A stretch of DNA of 62,650 bases, counting the filler, from Diploschistes diacapsis (Eukaryota): NCBI GenBank assembly GCA_023645945.1. It is 6 parts of 6 records of this genome, joined end to end, with 100 filler letters (N's around TTAATTAATTAA, not from the genome) between each part and the next. Parts side by side here need not be neighbours in the genome. Positions count along the whole stretch, not along the records: positions 36,042 to 42,623 come from JALAIB010001372.1; positions 42,724 to 49,303 come from JALAIB010001373.1; positions 49,404 to 55,978 come from JALAIB010001374.1; 3 more parts are not named here. The stretch is one strand, 5' to 3'. The stretch's first letter is position 1. Each line of letters begins with the position of its first letter. Below are positions 41,938 through 53,741 of the stretch, piece by piece. The notes beneath the pieces were generated by a model, which saw only the letters and a list, made by a program, of their open reading frames with translations, was not told the origin of the DNA and did no database searches. A program made the position numbers and the translations under genes.

Positions 41938-42623
41938 ATGCCGGCTGCTACCCTTCCGCCTCCACAGCCCGCCTACGTTTTCAGAGGTCATGCCGCCCAG
42001 ATCCACGCGGTCCAATTCTCGCCTTCGAACTCCCACTTACTGACAGGGGATGCCGAGGGCCATGTCGTCTCCTGGGGTCTGGCGTCTAAGCGCCCCACAT
42101 TCTCATGGAAGGCCCACGAGTCTGCCGTCCTGGGCTTGGCCTGGCTGGGAGAAGAGGTCGTGATATCGTAAGGGCATCCCGAGTCCAGTTGAGTGATGGA
42201 TGGACTGACGTCAGGAGACTACAGTCATGGCCGAGACAGCAAGCTTTTCATATGGCACCTTACTACAAATGGGCAGACAGAGGGAGGAGCTATCCTCCCC
42301 ATCAACCGCGATGCCACTCTGGACCCGGCCTCGGAGCGGAAGCCCCATGAAATGCACCAGATGACCGTCAACACCCTCAACTTCTGCTCCTTTGCATGGT
42401 GCTGGGATGACGCGAGCAGAGAAGGTTATGCCGACACGCATCGTACTTCAGTCACAGAGGAAAGCGACTGCAACCCCATTTTCCTCGCCCTCCCGCACAC
42501 CCTATCCTCCGAAGCAATCGACATCTACTCGCTTTCCATACCCCGCACACTCCTAACCAGCGACACATCCGAATTCCTCCACAGCCTCGCCTCCAACTCT
42601 GCATCCCCCTCCACCCCCACAAT
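41938..42623 (+). CDS. ASA1: ASTRA complex WD40 protein Asa1 (3' truncated by the contig end)
   Basis: LPPPQPAYVFRGHAAQIHAVQF...LLTGDAEG...WKAH; intron 42168-42224; SHGRDSKL, VNTLNFCSF. Confidence 0.85.
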
Positions 42624-42723
42624 NNNNNNNNNNNNNNNNNNNNNNNNNNNNNNNNNNNNNNNNNNNNTTAATTAATTAANNNNNNNNNNNNNNNNNNNNN
42701 NNNNNNNNNNNNNNNNNNNNNNN
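42624..42723. other. Artificial contig spacer
   Basis: N44-TTAATTAATTAA-N44. Confidence 0.98.
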
Positions 42724-43664
42724 GGTTTTGGGGGTCGGGGGACGAGACGGGTGGCGTGGCTGAGAGATTGTGGGAGAGGGGAGGATCATGCGTGGTTGGA
42801 GGCGGGGGCGGAGGATTTTATTTGAGTTTTGTTGTGACGAGGGTGCGGTAGGGAGGGAGGGGATGGGTGTGGCGGTGGGTCCATGTTCTTGGGGGCTGTT
42901 TAGATTGCAGTAGACGGTTTGTGAGGATGTTTCCATCGAGCGCTGGGCGAAAGGGTGATCGAGGCTGTCTGATACTTGTGTTCTCGTTTCAGTGGATGCA
43001 ATGAGTGGTCTAGTACGTTTTTTTTTTGTAAAAGTCAAGGAACCAATAAAGAAGGCCGACTCAGCCACGAAAACCGTTATATACCCCCAAGGCTCGCGGC
43101 CGTGGAGGCATCAACGGCGCCAGATTACAGCTTCTATCCATTGCGGCATATAAGGGTACATGCATCGTCTTCATAACATATGCTGAAGATGGTGTGCCAA
43201 TAATGAAGAGACAGAGACACAAGAAAATGGGGAAGCGATGCCTTTCTCAAGGAGCTGATGCTCATGGTATAGAGGTAGAGAGAAATTGGCCCAGGTAGGC
43301 GAATAGAACATCAGTATTGACAATTAAGTCGATATATCGCTGACTGTGGACCGTCATTACTAAAGTTGCGATAATAGTTCTTTCAAGTCAACCTGATTGC
43401 AATTCGTAAGAAACACGGGAAACAGCGCCGCTCGGAAAGGCTGGATATTCGGATCCTCAGACAACCATCCTTCAAGCTCACTATTGGGACTTCGTGCAAC
43501 AGGACCTGGAATTCGCAGTTGTCGTTGCGTGTACACCTGCGACCTCTCCTGAATCTCCAGGAACTAGCTGCGCTTGAAACTGACCTTCATCCCGGTATTT
43601 CTGGCAAGGGGTTGCTCTTGAGATATGCAACATATGCTCCTTTCAAACTTACAGCCATTGCATA

Positions 43665-44817
43665 TCACCGGCGCCTGAAAGCCAACCCAACGACGGTCTG
43701 CCCTTCCACCCCTCCAAACTTGAATCTTGAATATGGCACACTTCCGCATACCTCGAACCCATCTTCTTCATCATTGCTCTTCTCTTGCCCCTTACTAAGC
43801 CCGGATCCACAGATCCACGTCGTCAACTCTTCCTGCGTCCAGTTACAGCTCGTAATAAGCAGCATCCCTCCTTTCCTGACAAGAGGAGTAACGGCACCAG
43901 CGTATCTCTCACAAGGCCTTTTGCCCTGACTGTCGACTTCATCGCTGAGTGAGATGGCGTCGAACGTTCCTTTATCTAGGACGACGTCGAAGCCTCCTCC
44001 ACTGGCCATAGGCATCCACGGCGGCGATGGCGATGGAAAGAGCACGTCGTGTATTTCAAACCTGATCGGCGCTGTCGAAGGTTGGTTATCCATAGCGTCG
44101 CTGTCGGCGTCGCTGTCGTTATTTGTACTGTCTTCTTTGTGCTCATCTTTGCCTTCTTCTGCGTCACCGGCACCATCACTATGCTGAGTATGCTTCTGTT
44201 CGCGTTTCGCCATGATTTCCTGCCATAATTCGCTTGCGAGCTCCACGCTCTCAGGTGAGTAGTCCACTCCTACCATATGCCCCGCCCATCCTGCGCGGCG
44301 AAGGGCGAAGAGCTGGCTTCCGTTGCCCGTACCAAGGTCGAGGAAAGAAGTCCTAGCCCGAGATAGGGATGGTTGGCTACGCACGCGAGTTGAGCTGACA
44401 GGAGGTAGTGTAAGTAGATCGGGAGAAGTTTCTGCCCTGAAAGAAGCGAGATAGCGGAGGGTCTTCTTCTCGGCATTGGCATCGTCAAACCAGGTGGTGC
44501 CTGTATGGGAGGGGAGGGTAGAGCGAGTTTGGAGGTCGGTTTTGTAGAGACTCTGCCAGCTGTTATATATGAGTATGTTGAAGTAGGCGCAGCTTAGTAA
44601 TCATAACTATTGACCAGAAGCGAGTTCTCTTTAGCGAGTTGACGGGAACTTGTGCGAACGAGGTGCGCGTAAATAAGTAGAACAAAGTATAGTCAAGTCC
44701 ACTTGAATGTGAAATATAGCTACAGGACTCAAGAAGAAGAAAGAAGGCATACTATTCCTTTGTACCCAGTGGGCTAGGATCCAAATAGGTAGGGTGGCCC
44801 TCCAAGGGGGACATCAT
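43665..44817 (-). CDS. EFM4: eEF1A protein-lysine methyltransferase Efm4/See1
   Basis: Exons 44817-44753 and 44559-43665; LDPSPLGTKEYW, GTTWFDD, FLDLGTGNG, GVDYS, VLDKGTFDAISLS, ITSCNWT, FKFGGVEG. Confidence 0.92.
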
Positions 44818-45555
44818 GAGAACTTTGATTATTTGAAGATGCCAGTTTGTGCATCCACTTGAGCAACCAAAAATGATTGTTAGGAGCTTCCAGTGCACCC
44901 AAGAGACTCCTTAAGCATCGCAACGCGTGAACGCGTGACTTTGAAAGAGGGCAACTTGAAGGCTGCTGTATCGAAGTAGCAAGCAGGTATCGTGGAATAG
45001 AAAAACTAGAAAACCCTAAGCGAGTCACGCCGAGGGTAATAAGATGTTCGTGTATTTTTTTCTGAATAGCTGATACTTGCAAGAGCAGAGCTGTTGAGCA
45101 TCCTTTCGCTCATGAGGCATCATCGTGGTATGGAATTGCGCTGTAGTAGGTAAAGGAGCCGATAACACGCTAACATAATAGATCGGTGTTGTAAGCTCGT
45201 AGGCAATGTTGGCCTAATGTGACCTCGATTTGGAATACAGAGTAAACGTCCCGCGCCCTTATGGCGGAGTAAGCCCGGTCGCGCAGGGTTCCCTCTTGGA
45301 GGCTACAGGTTACAGCTTAGTATTTTGTATTTGGAATTTCAGGATTAATGCACGACATTGTAGGCCATCTGCAGAAGGGCCTACTATTTGTCAATTCTGG
45401 TGCAAACCACTTTGCTAGTATCTTGGGCCGTACCTTGCGTATCCATCTCTCAATTCCAAATTTTTGATCAGCTCGAGGCATGATTTGCGTCAAGTGGAGT
45501 TCTGCTCAAAAGCTATTCGCATTGCCAATTAAGCAAGATGGCCGCTCTTGCATCT

Positions 45556-45561
45556 TATAAA
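45556..45561 (+). promoter_or_regulatory. Putative TATA box
   Basis: TATAAA about 135 bp upstream of ATG 45694; motif match only. Confidence 0.4.
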
Positions 45562-45693
45562 GAGAACGAGGAATGGCCCGACGATGGCTTCTCTATCTCA
45601 CAGCACTATCTAGCCCCTTCATAGGCTTTTCGCATCTTGCACAGCTTATCATCAACTTTGTGTCACCTGCCTGCTAAGTTTCAAATTGAAACA

Positions 45694-46950
45694 ATGTTCT
45701 TCTCAAGCCAACCTATGAAGGCCTTTGCGCTTGCTGCGCTCGCCAACTCTTGTATCGTTTCTTCTGCTCCGGCCTGCTCTGTACACAAGCAACCCAGGGC
45801 AATCTACTTCATGACCAATACTGCACAGAACAACATCGTCGCTCTACCTGTCCAACAAGATGGCACTCTTGCACAGGGATGCATGACACCGACAGGTGGG
45901 AAGGGTCTTCAGGAGATAAGTGCAATGACTGGCCAGCCAGCGGCACCGGATGGTCTTAGTTCACAGGATTCGGTAGTAGTATCAGGAGACGTTAGTATCC
46001 CCACAATTGAAAGTTATACGACCAAAGCTGACTTGTCGACACAGCACCTGTTTGCCGTCAACTCCGGTTCGAACACCCTGTCAATGTTCAGGATTGGTCG
46101 ACAAGACCCTACAAAGCTGACCCCAATGGGCCAACCAGTGGATGTCAACGGCGAATTTCCAGTCAGCGTCGCAGTGTCCAGGAAGGACTCCATAGCTTGT
46201 GTCGCCAGTACTGGTGCAAAGGCTGGCGTTTCTTGCGGAAAGTTCTCCGGCGCTGGGATGGGCCAGATGGACCAGCTTCGCTCACTCTCCCTCGATCTCC
46301 AACAGAGCACTCCGCCTCTAGGACCTCTTGATACTGTCGGTGATATCCTGTTTAGCGGGGATGAAAAGACTCTCTATGCAGTAGTAAAGGGCAACATGAC
46401 GCTGAGCCAGCCAGGAGGGGTCGCAGCTTACCCAGTCAAGAACGGTATACCAGCCACAACTCCAGTCAGCAACAACCAGCTCAACGGAACTGCCGTCCTA
46501 TTCGGAACGGTCCCGATCCCTGGCTCAGACAACCTCTTCGCAACCGACGCGTCGTTTGGAACCGCTATCCTCTCCGCTAAGAACGGCGGAGGCGCCCTGT
46601 CAGTCCAGAATACGTTTACCATTCCAGACCAGAAGGCAACTTGCTGGTCGACGATCTCACCATCGACCAAGACCGCCTTCGTCACCGATGCTGCTTTTAA
46701 CCACCTGGTCGAGATGGACACCACCACCGGTCAGATGATCATGGAATACAACCTTACCACACCCGCTGGCGGAAACATCGATCTTAAGGCTGCTGGCGAC
46801 TTTCTCTATGCCCTTGCCCCAGGCGTCAACACGAGCAGCGCAGTCCAGGTCTTCGACCTCTCCGCTGGGAAGGGGCAGGCAAAACAAATCCAATATTTCC
46901 TAGCCATGAACACCACTATAGCGGTTCAGGGTATGGCGATCAAGGCGTGA
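45694..46950 (+). CDS. Secreted lactonase / 3-carboxymuconate cyclase-like beta-propeller protein
   Basis: Hydrophobic signal-like N-terminus (MKAFALAALANSCIVSSA); RAIYFMTN, TPTGGKG, LFAVNSGSNTLSMF, GEFPVSVA, QKATCW; in-frame 54-nt intron 45991-46044. Confidence 0.8.
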   Translation: MFFSSQPMKAFALAALANSCIVSSAPACSVHKQPRAIYFMTNTAQNNIVALPVQQDGTLAQGCMTPTGGKGLQEISAMTGQPAAPDGLSSQDSVVVSGDVSIPTIESYTTKADLSTQHLFAVNSGSNTLSMFRIGRQDPTKLTPMGQPVDVNGEFPVSVAVSRKDSIACVASTGAKAGVSCGKFSGAGMGQMDQLRSLSLDLQQSTPPLGPLDTVGDILFSGDEKTLYAVVKGNMTLSQPGGVAAYPVKNGIPATTPVSNNQLNGTAVLFGTVPIPGSDNLFATDASFGTAILSAKNGGGALSVQNTFTIPDQKATCWSTISPSTKTAFVTDAAFNHLVEMDTTTGQMIMEYNLTTPAGGNIDLKAAGDFLYALAPGVNTSSAVQVFDLSAGKGQAKQIQYFLAMNTTIAVQGMAIKA

Positions 46951-48787
46951 GCTCGCACGTCTAATCGACTGCTTCTCGGAAGGTCCGCATCTCCTGAAGA
47001 GAATAGGTAGTATTTTCCGAGGTTCAGGGGATACAGAATGAGGTCATGCTCCTCGCTATTCTATCCTTCATTAGGTTGTGTTTGCTTAGCACAGCGCAAG
47101 GTATTGTCTGCTTTTATTCGACTCTGAGGAGACCACTTTGGTTGTTATCTCATTTTTTAGAGCGAGGGTTGCATCCCGTCTGTACATAAACTTTCTACTC
47201 AATGAGAGCAATGCAGGGGATTTTTCGCTACAAAAGCACAAGAAAGGCTCGGCCTACCTTTATGGTATGAACGACACCCTGAGGCTGTTTGATTCCGGTA
47301 ACATATTTGGAGCCTACTGCAGCGTTTTGATTATGCAGCGAGCCCAATATCAGAGCTTCGAAGCACTAAGCCCCCTTTCTCAATATAAGCAGGCGACGGT
47401 ATACTTGGAAGTTGGCCTAGCTGCGTTCTACGCGTGCGCTGCTGAATGTGTGCTTTGAGCCCTTGTAGAACAATCTAGATTCCAAGAAGAGTGGTTCTTG
47501 GAAATGTTATATCATGTTCCACTGTTATAAGCCATATGTTGTCGCCGCCCAGATAGTAGAGGCAATTACCACTTTACCGGCTAAGGAGAAACATCATGCA
47601 GGTCATGACAGCTGCCTAGTTGGTTATCGTATCATGGTAAGAGCAGGCCAGTTAAAGCCCCAAAGGTCTTGGGTAGATGGCTATAAAAAGCGGTTTGCAT
47701 CCAGACGAAAGACCTGGAGTGTAGGCGAATAGAGATGGTGATAAGCGCTGTAACCAATGGGCCGAAAAGCGAACCGTTCAAAGGACCGTGGACAAGCGGT
47801 AAGAAACACTACCCGCTTCATTCACACTCATTATTGATGACTAGGAATGATGCAGTGTAATCATCATAGGATAACAATGCCGGGAAATCGAAAGGAATAA
47901 AAATACAAGCAAAGCCTCGCGCGGCGTATTTGTGATACAATGCAAAGCTAGATACAACATTGTCAATTCACGCCCGAGATGGGGTGACGAGGGTGAGGAA
48001 TGTGGAAAGCTAGGGAAGAAGGTTGCAGCACCGTCCTACTGTACGTAGGCTCTTCAACGGCTACTCGAATGCTTCCTGGAGATATGTTGTCAATCAGAAT
48101 AGCGTCTCTCGTCATGTGAAGTAGATCCCTTGTGATGAAAAGGAGGGCCTAGAACTTGCGGATCAATTGCGCGAGTCCTGCAGGAACAGAACCAAGGATA
48201 GGCTAACGGAATGGTTATCGAGTTTATCGGCCCCTTCTGGAAGGTTGTCCGCGGTTTCAAACAGCCGTGCATCCTTTAAGAGAATTTGAGGCGTAGGAGC
48301 TGCTGGTTGTGGAACGTTGTATGCAGGAGGGGGCTTTGGAGGTTTTCAGCTATCTTGCGTTCAGGGCTAGCCTCAGTGAGTTATAAGAGTGCGCAACACA
48401 CAATAATAGTTGCAGGAGGCACGTTGGACCAACGTCGGTTTGTCCAGGTCGTCAGAAGCGAAAAAAGATGGGGAAGACCAAGAATAATCTCCAACTGGAC
48501 GGAATGAGTTGTATCCCATATCCGCGAAGAGCCCAAGCACAAGGTAAACAAGCCTATACCGTGTACTGTAACTGTAAGGAAATTGATGATGGCACAGTAA
48601 TGAGAGAGAATGAAATCCCACCCTGAGCTTTGGATGGTATACAGTATATAGTAGTAGCACAAAAGTTATGTACTCGACTAGAGTTATGTAGGTGTCTGCA
48701 AATCCTCCCAGCCTCCTACTTTATTTAGGTGCAATGTACCGGGGGGCCCCCACTTCACTACGGGGGCAAGCCGGGGGAAGAAAGAGA

Positions 48788-48974
48788 CTGCTACTACTAC
48801 TGCTACTACTGCTACTACTACTAACTACTAACTACTAACTAACTACTAACTAACTACTACTAACTACTACTAACTAACTACTACTAACTACTACTACTAA
48901 CTACTACTAACTACTACTAACTACTACTAACTACTACTAACTACTACTAACTACTACTAACTACTACTAACTAC
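48788..48974. repeat. Compound microsatellite, (CTA)n grading into (CTACTACTAA)n
   Basis: Read directly; about 187 bp. Confidence 0.95.
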
Positions 48975-49303
48975 TTATAGCACTGCGGAAATATATTGAT
49001 CCGATTGCTGTGCCAGCTTCTCTACTTGAAACCCCCCCGCCCGCTGACCGGTCCAGAGCCCATCAGTTCTTCCGCAACGTTGCTTCAGAGAAAGAAACAC
49101 AGGAATCCAACATCATGTCCATGTGCTGAAAATCTGAAACTACGCTTTGATGAGCTTAGTGCAGCTTCTCATTGCTCACCATTGTCAAACGTGGTTGACG
49201 GAAATCCCTTGCAAGGGCGGATCTCTGACATGGCTCAGCAACATCCACCAACATCTTGGTCTGAGGCTTTGCTCTGTCCTACAGGGACCGGGGGGGCGGA
49301 GAG

Positions 49304-49403
49304 NNNNNNNNNNNNNNNNNNNNNNNNNNNNNNNNNNNNNNNNNNNNTTAATTAATTAANNNNNNNNNNNNNNNNNNNNNNNNNNNNNNNNNNNNNNNNN
49401 NNN
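49304..49403. other. Artificial contig spacer
   Basis: N44-TTAATTAATTAA-N44. Confidence 0.98.
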
Positions 49404-50144
49404 GATTGGGATTGGGATTGGGAGGGGGTGGTAGGGGAAGGTAGAGGTGGCTCTTTTTTCGGTACTGCTTGGAGGATGCATGTAGTCACACGTATCGTAC
49501 AAGGACAGTGGACGGAACAGGGGGAGGTGGACAGAGGTGACATAAACAGACTCAGATGGCGGATCACTCCGCTCGTTCAGAGGTACTTCCACACAGTCCA
49601 CTTCATTTCTTCACTATGGATTGACGCAGCCTGAAAACGCACCAGCTTCCAGAAGAGCGCTGCTTGTTATTAAACCCAGCCGATTGACTAGACTCTGCGC
49701 GTCTCTGCCTTCCGGCGAGCCTAGTATTTAGTTCTGGTTCGATCCAATATAACGTCACGTGGTACGTGCATAGATGAATTCCCCAGTGGGCAATACTCAA
49801 AAAAAACCGGCCATCATTATCCAGTCGACCATTCCTTCCCCTTTCCCTTCGTTCAAACCCTCGTAGATGATTTATCGTACAATTTGCTCCTTTGCATCTC
49901 CCTTTACCGTTCAAATGGGTCAGCAGCGGCGCCTTTTCGGAAACTCAAGTCAAGTATAACACACTTAGCGGTTCTGATGCCTCCCTATTGAATTCGGAGA
50001 GAAGACTCCGTACATAGCGAAATATCATGTCGGTCGTTCAGTGTAGTGCTCATTGTGTTGGGGTAGCCCCCGAGCTACCTTCAGAACCCGTTCATAGCCC
50101 CTGTTCCGTATGCCACCTGCTCTGCGGCCGCAAGCTATTGTTCA

Positions 50145-53100
50145 CTAGGCCGAAGGAGGAGAGCTCGCCAGAAGCCCGTTTGGCCCCAGCATGCTCGGTA
50201 TGGGCTTGCGCTTTGCTTTGGTAGTATTAATGCGCGGTACGCCTTGGATGACTCGCGGCTCCTTCATCAGTGTCGGATCGAGCTTTGCGGGTGCTGTTAC
50301 ACTGTTATTGTCTGCGCTCCGCTCCTGCAAAATTACTTACTTCGCGAAACAGTGGCCATGTAATCGCCCGGAAATCGTCCATTGGGAGGATTCGCAGCCG
50401 CCGATCGCCAAAGGTGATCTGATGTGTCTGATAGGAAATCGGTCTTTGACTTGCTGAAAAAAGACCGCTTGCCGCGGTTGCGCTTCGCTAGGATAATCTG
50501 GTCAAAAAGCATTATCGATGGATCGTTTGCAGGCTTCTTCTCCCGCTCGAAGATGAACTCATTGTACGCTATATCAACAAGTCAGTAAGACATTTACAAG
50601 CCTGAGTCACTGATCCTACCCTGAGTCTCTTGCAGCATGGTCACATACTCCCCATTCTCAAAAGGCAGACTTCGTCGAAATCCTTCCTGATTGAACTTGA
50701 AAAGTAGGCCACTCTTTTTGCTTTCACCGATGGCAGGTGTCAGGAACTTTCGATAAGTATACAGCAGACTTGCAAAACATCGGACGAATGCCGCTCGAAC
50801 TTGATCCGCATAAAAGGCTGCAGGACACACCAGGCCAATGTGCTGGGTGCATCTGCCATGAGCAAACATGGGGCAGCCGCTGCATCTGTAAACACCATCT
50901 TCCGCCTTTTCTTCGCAAACCGAACATGTCATTCCTTCTTCGTGCGGCCTCCACAACAAGCAATGGCCCTCGACCCAGCAAATACCGTCGCGGTTCTGCA
51001 CCGGCTGATATAAGACTTGAGGCATGATGGTGGATGCGGCCAAAGTAGACTGAGCGTAAGCACTAGGCGCAATGATCGACGGTGCGTAATTGGAGCCAAA
51101 ACCGTCCGTTGAAATGGTGGATACAGAAGTGCTGGTCGAATGACCGTTGGCGGCAAACGGTGCGCTTGGGCGCCTAATCGTCGGACGATGATCCATGTTG
51201 AAAGACGAGCTCCGGCGGGAGAGATTATCAAAGTGGCCAGAGCGTTTCTCCCGCAGCGTCGCTTGAAGCGAAAAGCCTGAATCGTTCCGCGAGAGCGGTG
51301 TTTGCGGAGCGAACTGCGACTGCGTCGGTGACAGTGACGGCGGAGGGCTGCCCTTGGTTGAAACGGCCATCGGCCTTTCGCTACCACGAAATTCTTGTGA
51401 TCTGATGAATGCGTTGAAGATTGGTGGTCGCTTGGCGTAGCCCGATTCAGAGTTTCCAAACGATGCTGAGTTTAGCCCAGCGAACTTTGCCAGAGTCGTT
51501 GGAGGCGCCCGACTGGTGAAGACCCCTGTGTTCTCGGACGAGAAAGCATTCCAAGGGAAAGCTTCAATGCCATAAGCTGGAGGTCCGGGCTGCACTCCGA
51601 AGCGATTATGATGAGGTGCTGCTTGCTGCAGCAGCGCTTGTAGTTTCCTTCGCTGTTGCTTGGGAAGATAGGTAGGAGGGCCGGTAGACTGGATCTCGTT
51701 CTGGTCGAGGTCCACAAGAATGATGTCGTCCGACGGAAGCTCAACGTTTTCGTATCTTCTTTCGATGCCAACAATGTAGGGACACGGCGCTTCAAGAGCT
51801 CCGATTAAGCGCGCCGGTAGCACAGGTATAAAGACTCCAGACCACGTAAAGGGATATATTAGCTCGACGATGGCACGACTAACAAGATGAAGCATGGCAG
51901 TGTGGGAAGATATGAGGATGATGCGAGATTCTGCTAATACAAACTGGGGCCACAGTAAGCAAGCTCCCAAAGACAAAGGTGCCGGAAAGGGCTTTTACCT
52001 CAAAAAGTATGATCAGTTGTGGGATTGAAAGTGCTCTGAAAATGGCAAAAAGATCGGTCTATACGAGTCAGCCCCTGAATCGTAATTGATTAGGATTTCT
52101 TACGCTTCGGGAACCAGGCAGTTCATTGGCCGCCTCTTTCCGCGCGAACAGCTTCAATTCCCTAATAGCGACTTCGACTTGGGTCTTGGATGATATCGGG
52201 CTCAATGCTTCCGCACAGAGATTGACAACATAACGTTCCAGTGGCTGCCACATTCCTACTCTTGGCGAGGTATGGGGCACACGTAGAACAGCGCTGCTGG
52301 TCATGGGTACGACTATTGCTTTCAACCACTCCTTCCAGAAACCCGTCAGCCCAGGATCTCGACCGAGAATACCATAGGTTCTTGGTATCCAGAATCCTGA
52401 TTCGCCATCAGTGAGTCCATCAATCTTGCTTGCAGCGCCGTGACGGACGGGCCGTAGCAAATCCGTCATCAAACCAATCTTCTCCTCGACCGCACCAATT
52501 TCCTCTTCGAGGACATCTCTCGCATCAGAGCCGGAAGGCTCAGTGGGCAGCCTGGCCAGTAAGCGGGAGAGCTTTGCCCTTTCGGTAACGAGCCTTTCTC
52601 CGAGGCTGCTCGCCAGTTCCCGCTCCTCATCGCTCATGTTCTTCTTGCGCCAAGTCTCACATTTCCTCTCCAATGCCATGGAGATGTCTTGATTGAGTGG
52701 TATCCATATCGTGATGCAGACACCGTAAAGACGGGAATTATCGGCCGCAGTCATAGCAAAGCCGTGCCAGGTAGCCCTGGGTCGATCGTCGGAGGAGACG
52801 ACGTTGATATCGTTTGGGAAAGCGAACATTGGCACGAAGTCAGGAAAGGGGCCCCTTCTCTTCAACTCCTCAACCATGGTCTTTTGAGGATATCTATCCA
52901 GCAAGACTGGTGCGAACTTCTTCTTCAAAGGGTGCATGTTAGCATCCGTATTCAGGGGCTGGGGGGTGTTGATAACTGAGTTGTAGTTGCTCAAGCGTCT
53001 GGAGGTGCGAATGGAGGCTAGAAAATACGCTATGTCAGTCTATTTCTATTCCAGCAACGAGTCTTAGCAAGCAACGCAATATAGATCCCTAAAAAGTACA

Positions 53101-53741
53101 CACCTTGTCTGACAACCGAAGGCTGCCGCTTCACACTGCTCATTTCCCTAAAGGATATCCGTCTCCTGACGCTGCCCAAGCCCGAGATGATGCTGGGCGC
53201 GTCATCACGACTGATCCTCTGGGTCTTTGGTCGAGCTTTCGGAGGCTTCAATATTGCACCGGCATTTGTGCTAAGGTCCAGTAGAAAGGACTCCCTCTCG
53301 GTCGCAAATTTCCGCAGCGCTTTCTCAAATTCCTGCTCATTTAGGCCTCTATTGCCGTTGGTCTGGGTCGCTCTTATTGTTGCACTGCTTCTATTGCTAT
53401 TCGTCCCCTTTCCCTCGGACAGCTTGGAGGAGGACCATGACAGACGCTTGTCGTCAGAAATGTGAGATAGTCGCTGGAAAGAGAGTCTTTGGGAGATGCG
53501 GGAACTCGGAGACAGGTAGTTGTCCTCCATCCCCTCCTCTCCACTGTCCTCAGCGATGGTAGGTTCGGTCTGTGTCCTTCCAACATCGTCCTCTTCTTCG
53601 ATCTCGCTCCAGTCGAGTTGCTCGCTGTCGAGTCCTGACTGGGATTTAGCTACGACGTAACACAAGGCTGTGTGGCTACAGACCGCTTATGAAGAACCAG
53701 TCAGCCAATGGACGCGATGTAATGTCATCAGCAGGGGCCAT
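50145..53741 (-). CDS. DENN-domain protein (putative Rab GEF) with an inserted C1-type zinc finger
   Basis: Spliced start MAPADDITSRPLADWFFISGLD; uDENN PVLLDRYP/FAFPND; DENN LAESRIILISSH, YPFTWSGVFIPVLP, EAPCPYIVG; C1-like H..CSVC..CSGC..H..C..C; dDENN AFVRCFASLLYTYRKF; last exon ends at TAG 50145. Confidence 0.9.

Noticed and set aside
42724..43068. Pro-rich minus-strand ORF running into the spacer
   Set aside because: It could be a truncated gene, but it is equally explained by the skewed composition at the contig end.
47100..48700. Short stop-interrupted ORFs resembling decayed genes
   Set aside because: No recognisable motif; cannot be called without a homology search.
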